A stretch of 64,000 nucleotides of DNA, taken from positions 1,583,920 through 1,647,919 of the forward strand of contig CBDDDZ010000005.1 in the NCBI GenBank assembly GCA_965226795.1, given 5' to 3'. Below are positions 16,904-26,459 of the stretch, piece by piece. The notes under the pieces were generated by a model. The model was not told the origin of the DNA. It searched no databases and worked only from the letters and a program-made list of their open reading frames with translations. The first letter of the stretch is position 1; each line of letters starts with the position of its first letter. Made by a program: the position numbers and the translations under genes. This DNA is from Candidatus Latescibacterota bacterium (GTDB taxonomy: Bacteria > Latescibacterota > UBA2968 > GCA-2709665).

Positions 16904-17084
16904 TACTCCTTTCTTGACAACCGTATTTCACTCTTGCATTAATTTGACTCAATCACAATGGATGGACAGGGCGCGCAGGATCATATGGTCTCGTGTTTTC
17001 ATCCTGTCTATCCTGTGTATCCATGTTGGCTGCCTTATGCACCCAACGATCCCTATGCTCGGGACATTGGTGGTCCGGGTTCAT

Positions 17085-17134
17085 ATCCCCGCTATCAATA
17101 GAAACGGCCATTCTAACAGGAACGTTAAATGGCC
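17085..17134 (-). terminator. Hairpin 31 nt downstream of tRNA-Gly, related in sequence to the hairpin at 11889-11923
   Basis: GGCCATTCTAAC-aggaac-GTTAAATGGCC (17106-17134), then gtttctattgat on the minus strand. Confidence 0.4.
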
Positions 17135-17164
17135 ACTGGTTGCGCGGTTTGGGCGGATTTTAAG

Positions 17165-17240
17165 TGGAGCGGGAAACGGGACTCGAACCCGCGACATCAA
17201 GCTTGGGAAGCTTGTGCTCTACCAGCTGAGCTATTCCCGC
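17165..17240 (-). tRNA. tRNA-Gly (anticodon CCC), CCA encoded
   Basis: The reverse complement GCGGGAATAGCTCAGCTGGTAGAGCACAAGCTTCCCAAGCTTGATGTCGCGGGTTCGAGTCCCGTTTCCCGCTCCA folds as a cloverleaf. Anticodon loop is TTCCCAA. Confidence 0.9.
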
Positions 17241-17270
17241 CCCCGTAGGTTTCGAAATCTACCATCTCCC

Positions 17271-18212
17271 TCAGAACGTGTCAAGGATTTTAAGAATGGC
17301 ATTCGACGTATTGTTCGGGCCCGCATCGACCCACCTCACGCGCCGCTCCTTTCGAAACCACGTGAGTTGGCGTTTGGCATAACGTCTTGTACCCATCTTG
17401 ATCTGCGCAGCGGTTTCAGCCAGATCCGATTTGCCATCCAGATGATCGAAAACCTCGCGATATCCGAACGTATTCAGCGAATTGAGTTCACGGCCATAAC
17501 CGAGACGATTCAACTCCCGGACTTCATCGACCAGCCCCGAAGCAAACATCCGGTCCACTCGTTCTCCAATCCTCCGGTACAGTAGCGCCCTGTCCATCCC
17601 CAGCCCGAACCACTCCGCGCACCAGTTTTTCGCCTTTTGCGGGGGCTCTTCGTGAAGCACCGAGAGCGGCGTCCCGGTGAGTTCGAATACCTCCAGTGCA
17701 CGCACGACACGTTGGGTATCGTTGGCGTGCAACCGTTCGGCCGTCACTGGATCAACGTCCCGCAGCCTGGCGTAGATCCCGCCGGGGTCTTTCGCCGCTT
17801 CCGCCAGCAGACGTCCACGGACGGCCCTGGGTGTGCGTGGAAGCGGCGAAAAGCCGTCGAGAACCGCCCTGAGATAGAGACCCGATCCCCCCACCAGGAT
17901 AGGTACACGATTCCGTTCCAGAATCGACTCGATTTCCCTTGACGCGTCATTGGCGTAGTGCCCGGCGCTATAGTAAACATCGGGGCTCACAACGTCGATC
18001 ATGTGGTGTTTCGCCAGGGCACGCTCATCCTTCGTGGGTTTGGCCGTGCCAATGTCCATATACCGATAGACCTGCCGCGCGTCGGCGGAGACTACTTCAC
18101 CGCCAAGCGCCCTCGCCAGGTCGATGCCGACCCGAGTCTTGCCCGATGCGGTCGGGCCCACGAGTGCCAATACCCGGTGCGGCCTATCTGCTGAATTGCC
18201 GGTCGATTTCAT
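17271..18212 (-). CDS. miaA: tRNA dimethylallyltransferase
   Basis: P-loop LVGPTASGKT, then DIGTAKP and the rest of the MiaA layout. Located downstream of mutL as in many bacteria. Confidence 0.9.
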   Translation of the reverse strand: MKSTGNSADRPHRVLALVGPTASGKTRVGIDLARALGGEVVSADARQVYRYMDIGTAKPTKDERALAKHHMIDVVSPDVYYSAGHYANDASREIESILERNRVPILVGGSGLYLRAVLDGFSPLPRTPRAVRGRLLAEAAKDPGGIYARLRDVDPVTAERLHANDTQRVVRALEVFELTGTPLSVLHEEPPQKAKNWCAEWFGLGMDRALLYRRIGERVDRMFASGLVDEVRELNRLGYGRELNSLNTFGYREVFDHLDGKSDLAETAAQIKMGTRRYAKRQLTWFRKERRVRWVDAGPNNTSNAILKILDTF

Positions 18213-20016
18213 CCAGGGGCATCTTTACCACGGTTGGCCTGCCCTGCGGGCAGACGAACGGTTCCCGGGTGGCAAACAGGCGATCGATCAGCGCCCGCAT
18301 CTCCCTTGGCGAGAGCTTCTCTCCCGTTGGGATGGCCGTGTGCCGGGCATAGGCGGCCGCCAATCGATGCTCCAGCGGAGAAACGACGTTCTGGCGGCTG
18401 ACCGGGACCGAAGAACGGCGCTCTTTGTCGGTCAAATCACCTACGATCTCTCGAAGAAGCCGCCCGTCTTCCCATACTTTAAGTTCCACGGGAATGGCAT
18501 CCACGACCACGGTATTACCGCCAAAATCCCGTACTCCGAAGCCCATCGCTTCCAACAGCGGCATTGCCTCCCGCACCGTCTGGATCTGCCGCAAGCCAAA
18601 GTCAAGCGTGACCGGAAACAGAAGTCGCTGGCCCAAGCCGGCGTTAGCTTTAAAGCAATCCAGTGTCTGTTCGTAGATCATCCGCTGGTGGGCCAGGTGC
18701 TGATCGACGAAAATCAGGCCGTTCTTGATATGCGCAAGGACATATCTGTCGTGCACCTGCCAGACAGAAACCTGATCGACCGTTTCCTCGTCATTCAGTT
18801 CCGCATCGTCCTCCGCGCCCGCGTGCTTTTCGCGGCTCTCGGCCTTTCTGTTGACGGTCAGGGCAAGCGCCATTTGCACGTCTTCCAGGCCCAGGGGATC
18901 TGAAAGATAGGCCTCGCGTTCCACGGGCGCGTCCGCAACGCCACCGGCGGGATCCGGCTTAGCGGAAGTGGCCCCGTTTGTAAGGATCGCTGGTGCGGCA
19001 AAGCCACTGCCCACTTCCGGCACCAGATCCTCCTCCCTCAACCCCGCGCGAACGACTTCGGCAACCGCATCGTAAACCGAGGCCTCGTCCGAAAAACGCA
19101 CTTCACGTTTGGTGGGGTGCACATTGACGTCCAGACGGGAGGGATCCAGCTCCAGTAGAAGCGCAAAGGTGGGATGGAAGCCCTTCACGAGCAGTCCGCC
19201 AAATCCATCATGCACAGCGTGCGTCACCGCCCGGTCGCGTACCCAGCGCCCATTGACGACCATCGCCTGTTGTGCGCCCGATTTACGAGCCAGTTCCGGC
19301 CGTCCTGCAAACCCCCAAACCCGGATACCGTGCCGTTCACCGTCCAGGAAAACGGCGTCCCGGCCCAGTTGAACGCCAAATATCGCCTCCAGGCGATGTT
19401 GGCGTTCGGACCTTCCCAGGTTCAGGATTTCGCGCCCGTTGTGAGAAAGCAAAAAGGCAATGGTGGGATAGCCCAACGCCAGGCCGGTCAGAGCGTCCGC
19501 CACGTGTCTGAATTCGGTCTCGACACCCTTCAGGAATTTCCGCCTTGCGGGTACATTGAAAAACAGGCCGTGAACGGCAATGGTTGTTCCCCGGTCCCGG
19601 CCTGTGGACGTGACATCGCGCACCCGACCGCTTTCGACGCGCACGCGAGTGCCCTGGATTTCTTCGACGTGGCGGGTCTCGATAGCCATTCTGGACACCG
19701 CCGCGATACTCGGTAGCGCCTCCCCGCGAAACCCCAGCGTACGCAGCGTGCGCAGATCGGAGAGATTGGAAATCTTGCTCGTCGCATGCCGTTCCAGGGC
19801 CAGCAAAGCGTCGTCGCGAGACATCCCGCAGCCGTTGTCGCTGACCCGTATGGTATCTTTGCCGCCGCCGGCCACTTCAGCCACAATCCGGTCCGCACCT
19901 GCGTCGATGGCGTTTTCCACCAGTTCCTTCACCACGGAGCCCGGCCGCTCCACGGCTTCACCTGCGGCGATGCGATTGGCGATTTCGTCGGGTAGAATGC
20001 GGATCCGATTGGGCAT
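18184..20016 (-). CDS. mutL: DNA mismatch repair protein MutL
   Basis: GHKL ATPase N-terminus: IRILPDEIANRIAAGEAVERPGSVVKELVENAIDAGA...DNGCGM. 610 aa. Confidence 0.9.
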   Translation of the reverse strand: MPNRIRILPDEIANRIAAGEAVERPGSVVKELVENAIDAGADRIVAEVAGGGKDTIRVSDNGCGMSRDDALLALERHATSKISNLSDLRTLRTLGFRGEALPSIAAVSRMAIETRHVEEIQGTRVRVESGRVRDVTSTGRDRGTTIAVHGLFFNVPARRKFLKGVETEFRHVADALTGLALGYPTIAFLLSHNGREILNLGRSERQHRLEAIFGVQLGRDAVFLDGERHGIRVWGFAGRPELARKSGAQQAMVVNGRWVRDRAVTHAVHDGFGGLLVKGFHPTFALLLELDPSRLDVNVHPTKREVRFSDEASVYDAVAEVVRAGLREEDLVPEVGSGFAAPAILTNGATSAKPDPAGGVADAPVEREAYLSDPLGLEDVQMALALTVNRKAESREKHAGAEDDAELNDEETVDQVSVWQVHDRYVLAHIKNGLIFVDQHLAHQRMIYEQTLDCFKANAGLGQRLLFPVTLDFGLRQIQTVREAMPLLEAMGFGVRDFGGNTVVVDAIPVELKVWEDGRLLREIVGDLTDKERRSSVPVSRQNVVSPLEHRLAAAYARHTAIPTGEKLSPREMRALIDRLFATREPFVCPQGRPTVVKMPLDEIDRQFSR

Positions 20017-20162
20017 GCCGAAATGTCTGCCTTTGCTGCGGTACCAGTAAACAAGCGGATTAGCGGGATTCAGATTTGCCTTCGCAGCATCCCTCAGAAT
20101 CCTTAAAGACAGGAACCCGAAAGCCCCGATCCGTCTTACGAATGCGCATTCGAGCCCATGCC

Positions 20163-21536
20163 CTAACCCCCAATCAGGCCCTGGCGCTTCAATCGGTCCA
20201 GGGTGCGATCGAATGCGTCGACAACGTGATCCAGATCTTCTTCGGTATGCACGGATGCCGTTAACCCGGTCAATCCGTTCAGATCGACGCCTTCCAGTTG
20301 CATCGTGGCACGGAACGCATCCCTCAACGTCGGATCGGGCGCCTTCAGCCTGCGGTAGTCATAGGTTCCCACGGCTATGGCTTCCAGGCTCTGTTCCATG
20401 GGTCCGCTTTCGGGCAGGAACTTGACGCCAGAGAAATCTCCATATACAACCCAGTCAACGGCGTGGTTCGAAATCACGCCGTTGAGACGGTTGCGCAGGA
20501 TTTCGCCGTTCCGGTTTGCGCGTGCGATGTGTATGCCGTCTTCGATAGCCTTCAGCGTGGCAATCCCGGCGGCCGCGGAAACCGGATTGGCGTTAAAGGT
20601 GCCCTGGTGGGGCATTTTCCGGCAGGTATCCCATTCGCGGTCTCCCCGAAACGCCAGCAGGTCCATAATATCCTGCCGACCGGTCAGACAGCCTCCGGGG
20701 AGTCCACCCGCCAAAATCTTCGCCAGCGAGGTGAGATCGGGCTTGACGTTGTAGTGGGCCTGGGCGCCTCCTGTCGAGCATCGAAAGCCGGTGACCACTT
20801 CGTCAAAAATCAAAAGCACGTCGTGCTGAATCGTTATGCGTCGCAATTCTTCCAGGAAACCCGGACGGAGGGGTGCCACGCCGAAAGTGGCTCCGGTAGG
20901 CTCCAGAATGACACAGGCAATATCGTCGTCCCGGTCAAGAATAACCTCAACCTGATCGATTTGGTTCGGCGGGCACAGGCAAACGGTATCCGCAACTTCA
21001 CGAAGGACGCCGGCGGGCACGGGTTCGTCGAAAGGTGGCATCACGCCTACAATGAGGTTGTCGTGCCAACCGTGGAAGTGGCCGAAAAACTTGAGCACCT
21101 TTCGCTTTCCGGTAAACGTCCGCGCCAGTCGGAGCGCCATCATCGTCGCCTCGGTGCCCGAGCTGGTAAATCGAACCCGTTCGGCAGTGGGGATCAACTT
21201 CATGACCCACTCCCCCCATTCCACTTCCAGCTCGTGACACGCACCATAGTGGGTGCCACGCGCCACCTGTTCCGTAACGGCCGCCACCATATCCGGATAA
21301 CAATGTCCCAGCATCAGTGCCCCGTGCCCCATCCAGAGGTCCACATATTCGCGGCCATCCACGTCCCATTTACGCCCTGCCTCGGCGCGGCTCGCGTAAA
21401 TTGGAAATGGCGTACAGTAGCGCGAGTCGTGGGTGACGCCGCCCGGAAAGATACGCGACGCTTTTTCGTACAGCGTCCGAGACCGTTTCAGCGCATCCCG
21501 GAATTCTCCATTAATTCCTTTAACTAATTCTTCCAC
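20163..21536 (-). CDS. Class III (omega-type) PLP aminotransferase, glutamate-1-semialdehyde aminomutase-like
   Basis: 457 aa. LIFDEVVTGFR and the SLAKILAGGLPGG lysine region. Confidence 0.8.
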   Translation of the reverse strand: MEELVKGINGEFRDALKRSRTLYEKASRIFPGGVTHDSRYCTPFPIYASRAEAGRKWDVDGREYVDLWMGHGALMLGHCYPDMVAAVTEQVARGTHYGACHELEVEWGEWVMKLIPTAERVRFTSSGTEATMMALRLARTFTGKRKVLKFFGHFHGWHDNLIVGVMPPFDEPVPAGVLREVADTVCLCPPNQIDQVEVILDRDDDIACVILEPTGATFGVAPLRPGFLEELRRITIQHDVLLIFDEVVTGFRCSTGGAQAHYNVKPDLTSLAKILAGGLPGGCLTGRQDIMDLLAFRGDREWDTCRKMPHQGTFNANPVSAAAGIATLKAIEDGIHIARANRNGEILRNRLNGVISNHAVDWVVYGDFSGVKFLPESGPMEQSLEAIAVGTYDYRRLKAPDPTLRDAFRATMQLEGVDLNGLTGLTASVHTEEDLDHVVDAFDRTLDRLKRQGLIGG

Positions 21537-21660
21537 AGTCGATTATCTCTCTTCTTTAACGTGGTAACCCAAGACGCCCGGAAACGGTTCATGCCCGCCA
21601 TGAGCCGGAAGTGGGAAAAATAACGAACAGGTAGAAAAAAGCAACCGGCAAAATGCGCTG

Positions 21661-23721
21661 TCATGCCTGTGTAGGCATGGGGTAAGAAAACGTGCGATCA
21701 GCCTCGACGTCCGAGAGATCCGAAGCATCTTCCGACATGACCCAGAGATGTTGTTCGGTCCCCGCCTGCACCCTGAATCCACCGGCCCCGCCGGGGCCGC
21801 CCGAACCGACCGCGTCCACGCGGCTGACCTCGGGGTCCGTGCCCCAGTGATGCACAAGCGCGACAAAAGTTGTCTTACGGGCAATCCTGCGGCGGATGAG
21901 CACATCGCCGGTTTCCGTCGCGGGCTGAAGCGGCGCTTCCCCCACGATTATTTGCGCCCCGGCGCCTTCCAGCAGGAATGCCCCCACCCCACCCATCGGC
22001 AAGCCCCATTGAAATGAAACCATTTCCCTGGGTACGAATTCGACCGGTTGCCGGATGTGGTTATATCCGTCGCCGGAAAGCGCAATCACCCCGCGATCCG
22101 ACAGTCCGGCGTGCCTGCGCCGATCGCCTTGAAACCTGCAGACCCAATCCATCTGGCATTCCCGTGGCGCCTCAACGTGGAACACATCCCAAAAGTACGA
22201 GTCCGTCCACAAAATCACCCGCCGCATTGCTACTTTCGAGTAGGGGGCTTTCTCCCATGAAACGCAGGCGTCGACCACTTCGAAGCCATCCGCGCGCCGT
22301 ACATCGAAATTTACGAGCCGGCCTTCCGCCGGAGGCTGGGAGCTGCCGTCTATCATCACGGTGTTATGGCTGAGCGTCTGTCGATACCAGGTCTCGTTCA
22401 GGTCGACGCCATAACCCGGCGTGCCCAGGTCCGTAGCCACCGGAAACCCTCGCGCGTAGAACGAAATCGAGAGTTTGTCCGGATGTCCGTGGCCGCCGCC
22501 GTGCGGGCCGTACTTCAGCAGCACGCAGCTTTGCCGATCGAGCGCCTCCTTCGACCTCAGGATGGCAATTCCCGACGGTTTCAGAACGGCACTCTCAGCT
22601 ACGAATCTGCCGCCCGAATCGGACAGATGTTCTCCGTACAGAAGCGCCTCCACGACCGTTCGGGGCCTGCAGGAATAGTTGCGTTCGAGTATCCGTGCAA
22701 AGACGGGCTCTTTATACCACCCGTACGCCACCTCGTAAAAGGACTCCGACGGCGGCACGCCGTGGCAGACATCGGACAACAGCGAAGAGAAATACCAGCA
22801 ATCGTTGGTGGCGGGCAGCCTGAAATCGGGAAACGCCAGCGACACCGGCATCCGGAACATCGCCCTCAGCCGGTCGTCGTCATGCAGACCCGCACCACTG
22901 TTCTCCGAAACCTGGACCTGAGCAATCAACGCGGCGAGGGTGTAAAAGTGGTAACTGGATGATCCCTCCCACCACAATCCATCTTCAAGAACCCCCTCCC
23001 GCAGCTGGTGGTAAAACCCGAAGTTGTCCTCCAGGGCCACCTTCTGAAACTCACCTTCGTTCAGGCAGATTCCAACCGCCGCGATAGCAGCATTGTGCCA
23101 GCATTCGATGTTGTGAATGCGGTGGAACTTCTGGTCCCGAATGTGCTCCGCCGCCACAGCGAGCAGGTTCGTTTCTATCAACGTCCGCTGGCCGGGGGTG
23201 AGGGCCTCCCGGACAAGATCGTACGCCCTTGCTATCGGGATCAACCACACCGACTCGTCGAGCGAATGGTTTGCCACCTTGCCCCAGCCATAGGGCAGTT
23301 CACGCTCGATCGGATACCCCGGATAACGTTCCGCGTAGGCCAGCAGAATCTCTCTGCATCTGGCCAGATATGCTCCGTTCGCATCCAGTTGCCACATGAG
23401 CGCCAGTCTATATGCCATAGTGGACAGCCGATTGTTGACGAACCAGCGCCATGCCGAATCGTATGGCTCGCCCGAAAAGACCCGTCCGTCCCTGGGACAT
23501 CGATGGGCGTGCGGCGATCCGGCGTCGAACACAAGCTCCACGGCGTGATCCGGGCAAAAGTAGTTGTGGTAGTACCCTGCCGGGCGGTCCTGAGGCTGCA
23601 TTTCTTCGCCGAGGAAGGTCTTCGCCTCGGTCTCAAGTCGGCGGTAGGCATTGATGAATGCCGGATGGGTCCGCCGTTCCCTCGCTATCGACATACGACG
23701 GTCGGATATCAGTTTCAGCAC
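21661..23721 (-). CDS. Heparinase II/III-family (alginate-lyase-like) protein
   Basis: 686 aa. N-terminal alpha/alpha toroid-like region and C-terminal GPHGGGHGHPDKLS...HNTVMIDG block typical of the Hepar_II_III family. Confidence 0.7.
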   Translation of the reverse strand: MLKLISDRRMSIARERRTHPAFINAYRRLETEAKTFLGEEMQPQDRPAGYYHNYFCPDHAVELVFDAGSPHAHRCPRDGRVFSGEPYDSAWRWFVNNRLSTMAYRLALMWQLDANGAYLARCREILLAYAERYPGYPIERELPYGWGKVANHSLDESVWLIPIARAYDLVREALTPGQRTLIETNLLAVAAEHIRDQKFHRIHNIECWHNAAIAAVGICLNEGEFQKVALEDNFGFYHQLREGVLEDGLWWEGSSSYHFYTLAALIAQVQVSENSGAGLHDDDRLRAMFRMPVSLAFPDFRLPATNDCWYFSSLLSDVCHGVPPSESFYEVAYGWYKEPVFARILERNYSCRPRTVVEALLYGEHLSDSGGRFVAESAVLKPSGIAILRSKEALDRQSCVLLKYGPHGGGHGHPDKLSISFYARGFPVATDLGTPGYGVDLNETWYRQTLSHNTVMIDGSSQPPAEGRLVNFDVRRADGFEVVDACVSWEKAPYSKVAMRRVILWTDSYFWDVFHVEAPRECQMDWVCRFQGDRRRHAGLSDRGVIALSGDGYNHIRQPVEFVPREMVSFQWGLPMGGVGAFLLEGAGAQIIVGEAPLQPATETGDVLIRRRIARKTTFVALVHHWGTDPEVSRVDAVGSGGPGGAGGFRVQAGTEQHLWVMSEDASDLSDVEADRTFSYPMPTQA

Positions 23722-23807
23722 ACGTCCCCCACGTTAATAACGGCCGGTTGCCACATTGCCGGTCGGACCTTATCTTACGAGCTATCAGGCCGATAGTGTT
23801 CTGTCCC

Positions 23808-23849
23808 GGAACCAGATTGCCGAATGGTGACATATTTCTGGGACAGGAC
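23808..23849. repeat. Dispersed intergenic repeat, short copy (core GAATGGTGACATATTTCTGGGACAGGAC)
   Basis: The core is shared with the copies at 24661-24752 and 46827-46917. Confidence 0.6.
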
Positions 23850-23946
23850 TCGAAGTCACCGAGGCCTGAAACCGCGCAGGGGCCGGCCAGGCCCCACCGG
23901 ATGCGAGCCGGCCACCATTAAAATCGCGCCTTCACCTGGTTTCCCT

Positions 23947-24660
23947 ATGCCCGACCCAATATCGGAGATTCTGATACCCGCCAATGAAATTCAGGATACG
24001 GTTCGTCAGCTCGGCGCCCGGATATCGTCGGACTTTCGCTCGGACCACGCTGCCTGTCCGGATAACCCGAAAGCACGGGAGGATCGACACGCGGACGGGA
24101 CTCTGCGACCGCTCATCCTTACGGGCGTTCTCAAAGGCGCCCTCTTCTTCCTTGCCGATCTGTCCCGGGAGATTTCCGTTCCCGTCGAGATCGAATATAT
24201 GTCGGTATCCAGCTATGGTAAATCGACGCGGAGTTCCGGCGTTGTCAGGATCCTGAAGGATATCGATCGGGATATCGCCGGCGCCGACGTGCTCCTTGTG
24301 GAGGATATCGTCGATACAGGCCTCACTCTGGACTATCTTCTACGCATCCTCGAGCCAAGGCGTCCTCGAAGCCTGAAAGTCTGCAGCCTGCTGGAAAAAC
24401 CCGCCCGTCGAATGGTGGATGTGCCAATCGACTACGTCGGCTTCTCCATCCCGGACGAATTTGTCGTAGGATATGGCCTGGACTACGACCATCAATACCG
24501 TAATCTTCCTTACATCGCGGCATTGAAGAATTCCGATGCGCCGCGCCAACGCTCCTGCCCGGTGGCCGGCAAGTGGGACCAGGGGTCTGCCCCGGTGATA
24601 GATTCCCCAAAGCCGACCGACGAGTCGCCCGGCTCACAAGGCGCCTGCGACCTGCGATAG
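23947..24660 (+). CDS. hpt: Hypoxanthine phosphoribosyltransferase with an internal insertion and a C-terminal tail
   Basis: PRPP loop VLLVEDIVDTGLTL, then FVVGYGLDYDHQYRNLPYI. Start taken at the ATG at 23947 (MPDPISEILIP...), not the longer ORF start at 23824. Confidence 0.85.
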   Translation: MPDPISEILIPANEIQDTVRQLGARISSDFRSDHAACPDNPKAREDRHADGTLRPLILTGVLKGALFFLADLSREISVPVEIEYMSVSSYGKSTRSSGVVRILKDIDRDIAGADVLLVEDIVDTGLTLDYLLRILEPRRPRSLKVCSLLEKPARRMVDVPIDYVGFSIPDEFVVGYGLDYDHQYRNLPYIAALKNSDAPRQRSCPVAGKWDQGSAPVIDSPKPTDESPGSQGACDLR

Positions 24661-24752
24661 GTCGAAAGGCTCGTTTCGACAAGCTCGGCGCAGGCAACGC
24701 ATCCAGACGGGATGAAACGGCGGAAGAATGGTGACATATTTACGGAAGAGGG
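24661..24752. repeat. Dispersed intergenic repeat, long copy
   Basis: Fills the gap between convergent hpt and udg. Aligns over about 90 nt with 46827-46917. Confidence 0.6.
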
Positions 24753-24754
24753 AA

Positions 24755-25522
24755 CTAGGATCCGAGGCTCCCACATGGTTCCGCCAGCACACGATTCACG
24801 GTCTTGAACAGACTCTCTACCATCTGCTCCGTGAGCGTTCCCGTATTTATATTGTAACGGCTGAAGTGATAACTGGCAACCAGAATCCGGGGATCGCGGT
24901 CGAAACGATAGGTCCTGCCGTGCACGAACCGGTAGCATCCCACCCTCTCGATGATACCCTCTGCCCTCAAGAGGCGCAGATAAGCCTCAAACGCGTCTCT
25001 CCCCATCGACAGTACAACCCGAATCCGCCTTAACTGCTCCATTTCCATTCGCAGCCAGTCCAGGCAGGCGCGTTTCTCGTTACCGTTCGGCCTATTTGCG
25101 GGTGAGACGCACTTTACGGCGTTTGTAATGTAGACGTTATCGAGCTTCAGGCCATCGTTCGGGTGAGTGGATTTCGGTTGATTGCCGAACCCGTGACGGT
25201 ATAGTGCCCCGTAGAGCACCCGTCCGGCATCGTCCCCGGTAAACGGCCTGCCGGTGCGGTTCGCCCCATGGGCGCCCGGTGCGAGACCGATGACGAGCAG
25301 TTCGCCGGACGCATCGCCGAAACCCGGCACCGGTTTTGCCCAGTAGCCATCGACATTCTCCCGTTGATTGTCGGCGGAATCGAACGTGGCGCGGTAGTCA
25401 ACCAGCCGTGCGCAGCTGCCGCAGTGTACAATCTGCTCGAAGAGCAGCCGTTCCGCTCCCGCCTCTTTCCACGTGACGCGCTGCGATCTACCGCCCATTG
25501 TGTCGCCTTCCGCTCGTTGCAT
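24755..25522 (-). CDS. Uracil-DNA glycosylase superfamily protein (family 4/5-like)
   Basis: GLAPGAHGANRTGRPFTGDDAG and HFSRYN motifs. Confidence 0.75.
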   Translation of the reverse strand: MQRAEGDTMGGRSQRVTWKEAGAERLLFEQIVHCGSCARLVDYRATFDSADNQRENVDGYWAKPVPGFGDASGELLVIGLAPGAHGANRTGRPFTGDDAGRVLYGALYRHGFGNQPKSTHPNDGLKLDNVYITNAVKCVSPANRPNGNEKRACLDWLRMEMEQLRRIRVVLSMGRDAFEAYLRLLRAEGIIERVGCYRFVHGRTYRFDRDPRILVASYHFSRYNINTGTLTEQMVESLFKTVNRVLAEPCGSLGS

Positions 25523-25756
25523 TCAACGCCCCGACAGGACGATGCATCGCGAGTAACCATGCTGCCATTTGCGGTGGGAGTGCAACTCGATAAGGGGCAT
25601 ACCGGACAAACGTTAACGGCCGGCAGCTATCGTCGGCACCTCGTCCGGGACTCTATAGGGAATTCCACTCCGCGGGAAATCGTCCGTGCCGGCCATGCAA
25701 AAGAGGCGGTCCGGTGTGGGCCGCCTCTTCCAACATGTCGATATGAACCTGGTCTG

Positions 25757-26119
25757 CTAGTTTCCCACCCCTTTGTTGAAGAATACCACCTGCCGCGACC
25801 GGGCCATGGCCTCGTGTTCCTCGTCGGTGCACGCCCTGTCCGTGGGCACATTGGGGTCGGGACCCGCCGGCTGGTACCCGTTGTGGACCAGATAGGCTTC
25901 CAGATCCTCCCCGCTGATATCGGCCAGGATCTGCCCATCGAAATCCAGGGTCGGCTGCAGCGGCTGCCCGCTCTTGCGCACCATTTCTTCGTAATTTGCG
26001 GGATTATTGATGATGTCTTTGTCCTCGTATCTGAGTCCGTACTTGTCCAGCACCGCCCGTATGCCGCGGCTCCATCCACAGTGGGGTTTGAGATATGCGG
26101 TAATCGCGGGATTACCCAT
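25757..26119 (-). CDS. Glutaredoxin-like protein (monothiol CxxS)
   Basis: ITAYLKPHCGWSRGIRAVLDKYG...QPLQPTLDFDG gives a thioredoxin-fold pattern. Confidence 0.6.
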   Translation of the reverse strand: MGNPAITAYLKPHCGWSRGIRAVLDKYGLRYEDKDIINNPANYEEMVRKSGQPLQPTLDFDGQILADISGEDLEAYLVHNGYQPAGPDPNVPTDRACTDEEHEAMARSRQVVFFNKGVGN

Positions 26120-26459
26120 CGGAGATTCTCCTTTTCCTTGAATTAACCATCGAAACGCATGATTTCATCCATGAACTAACATAACGAACTTTTCCGAGAT
26201 TTGCAAGGCCAATCGCCATTCGTACGGACCGAATGGAATCTTTCGGGAGTCCGGAGTGGGAGGAATGTGACAACGGTTTTTCAACCTGGCCCCTGGCGGC
26301 CACGAACACGGATGGCAATATCCGCACATGTCGGGAAACCAGAGTCTCTCTCGATATCGGTTGGGGATAAATCGCGCCCGTGCGGGCTGTCGACACACCG
26401 CGAACCTCCCGCGGGCACGTAGAGTCGGGGCAATTCGCCGTCGTTTGGTGGCTTGCGGA

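Noticed and set aside
23822-23849. Reading the repeat core TGGTGACATATTTCTG as a sigma-54 promoter (TGGCAC-N5-TTGC) or a Bacteroidetes-type -7 element (TAnnTTTG).
   Set aside because: The -12 GC is missing in all copies and the -7 motif is mismatched. The copies are not consistently upstream of genes on either strand.
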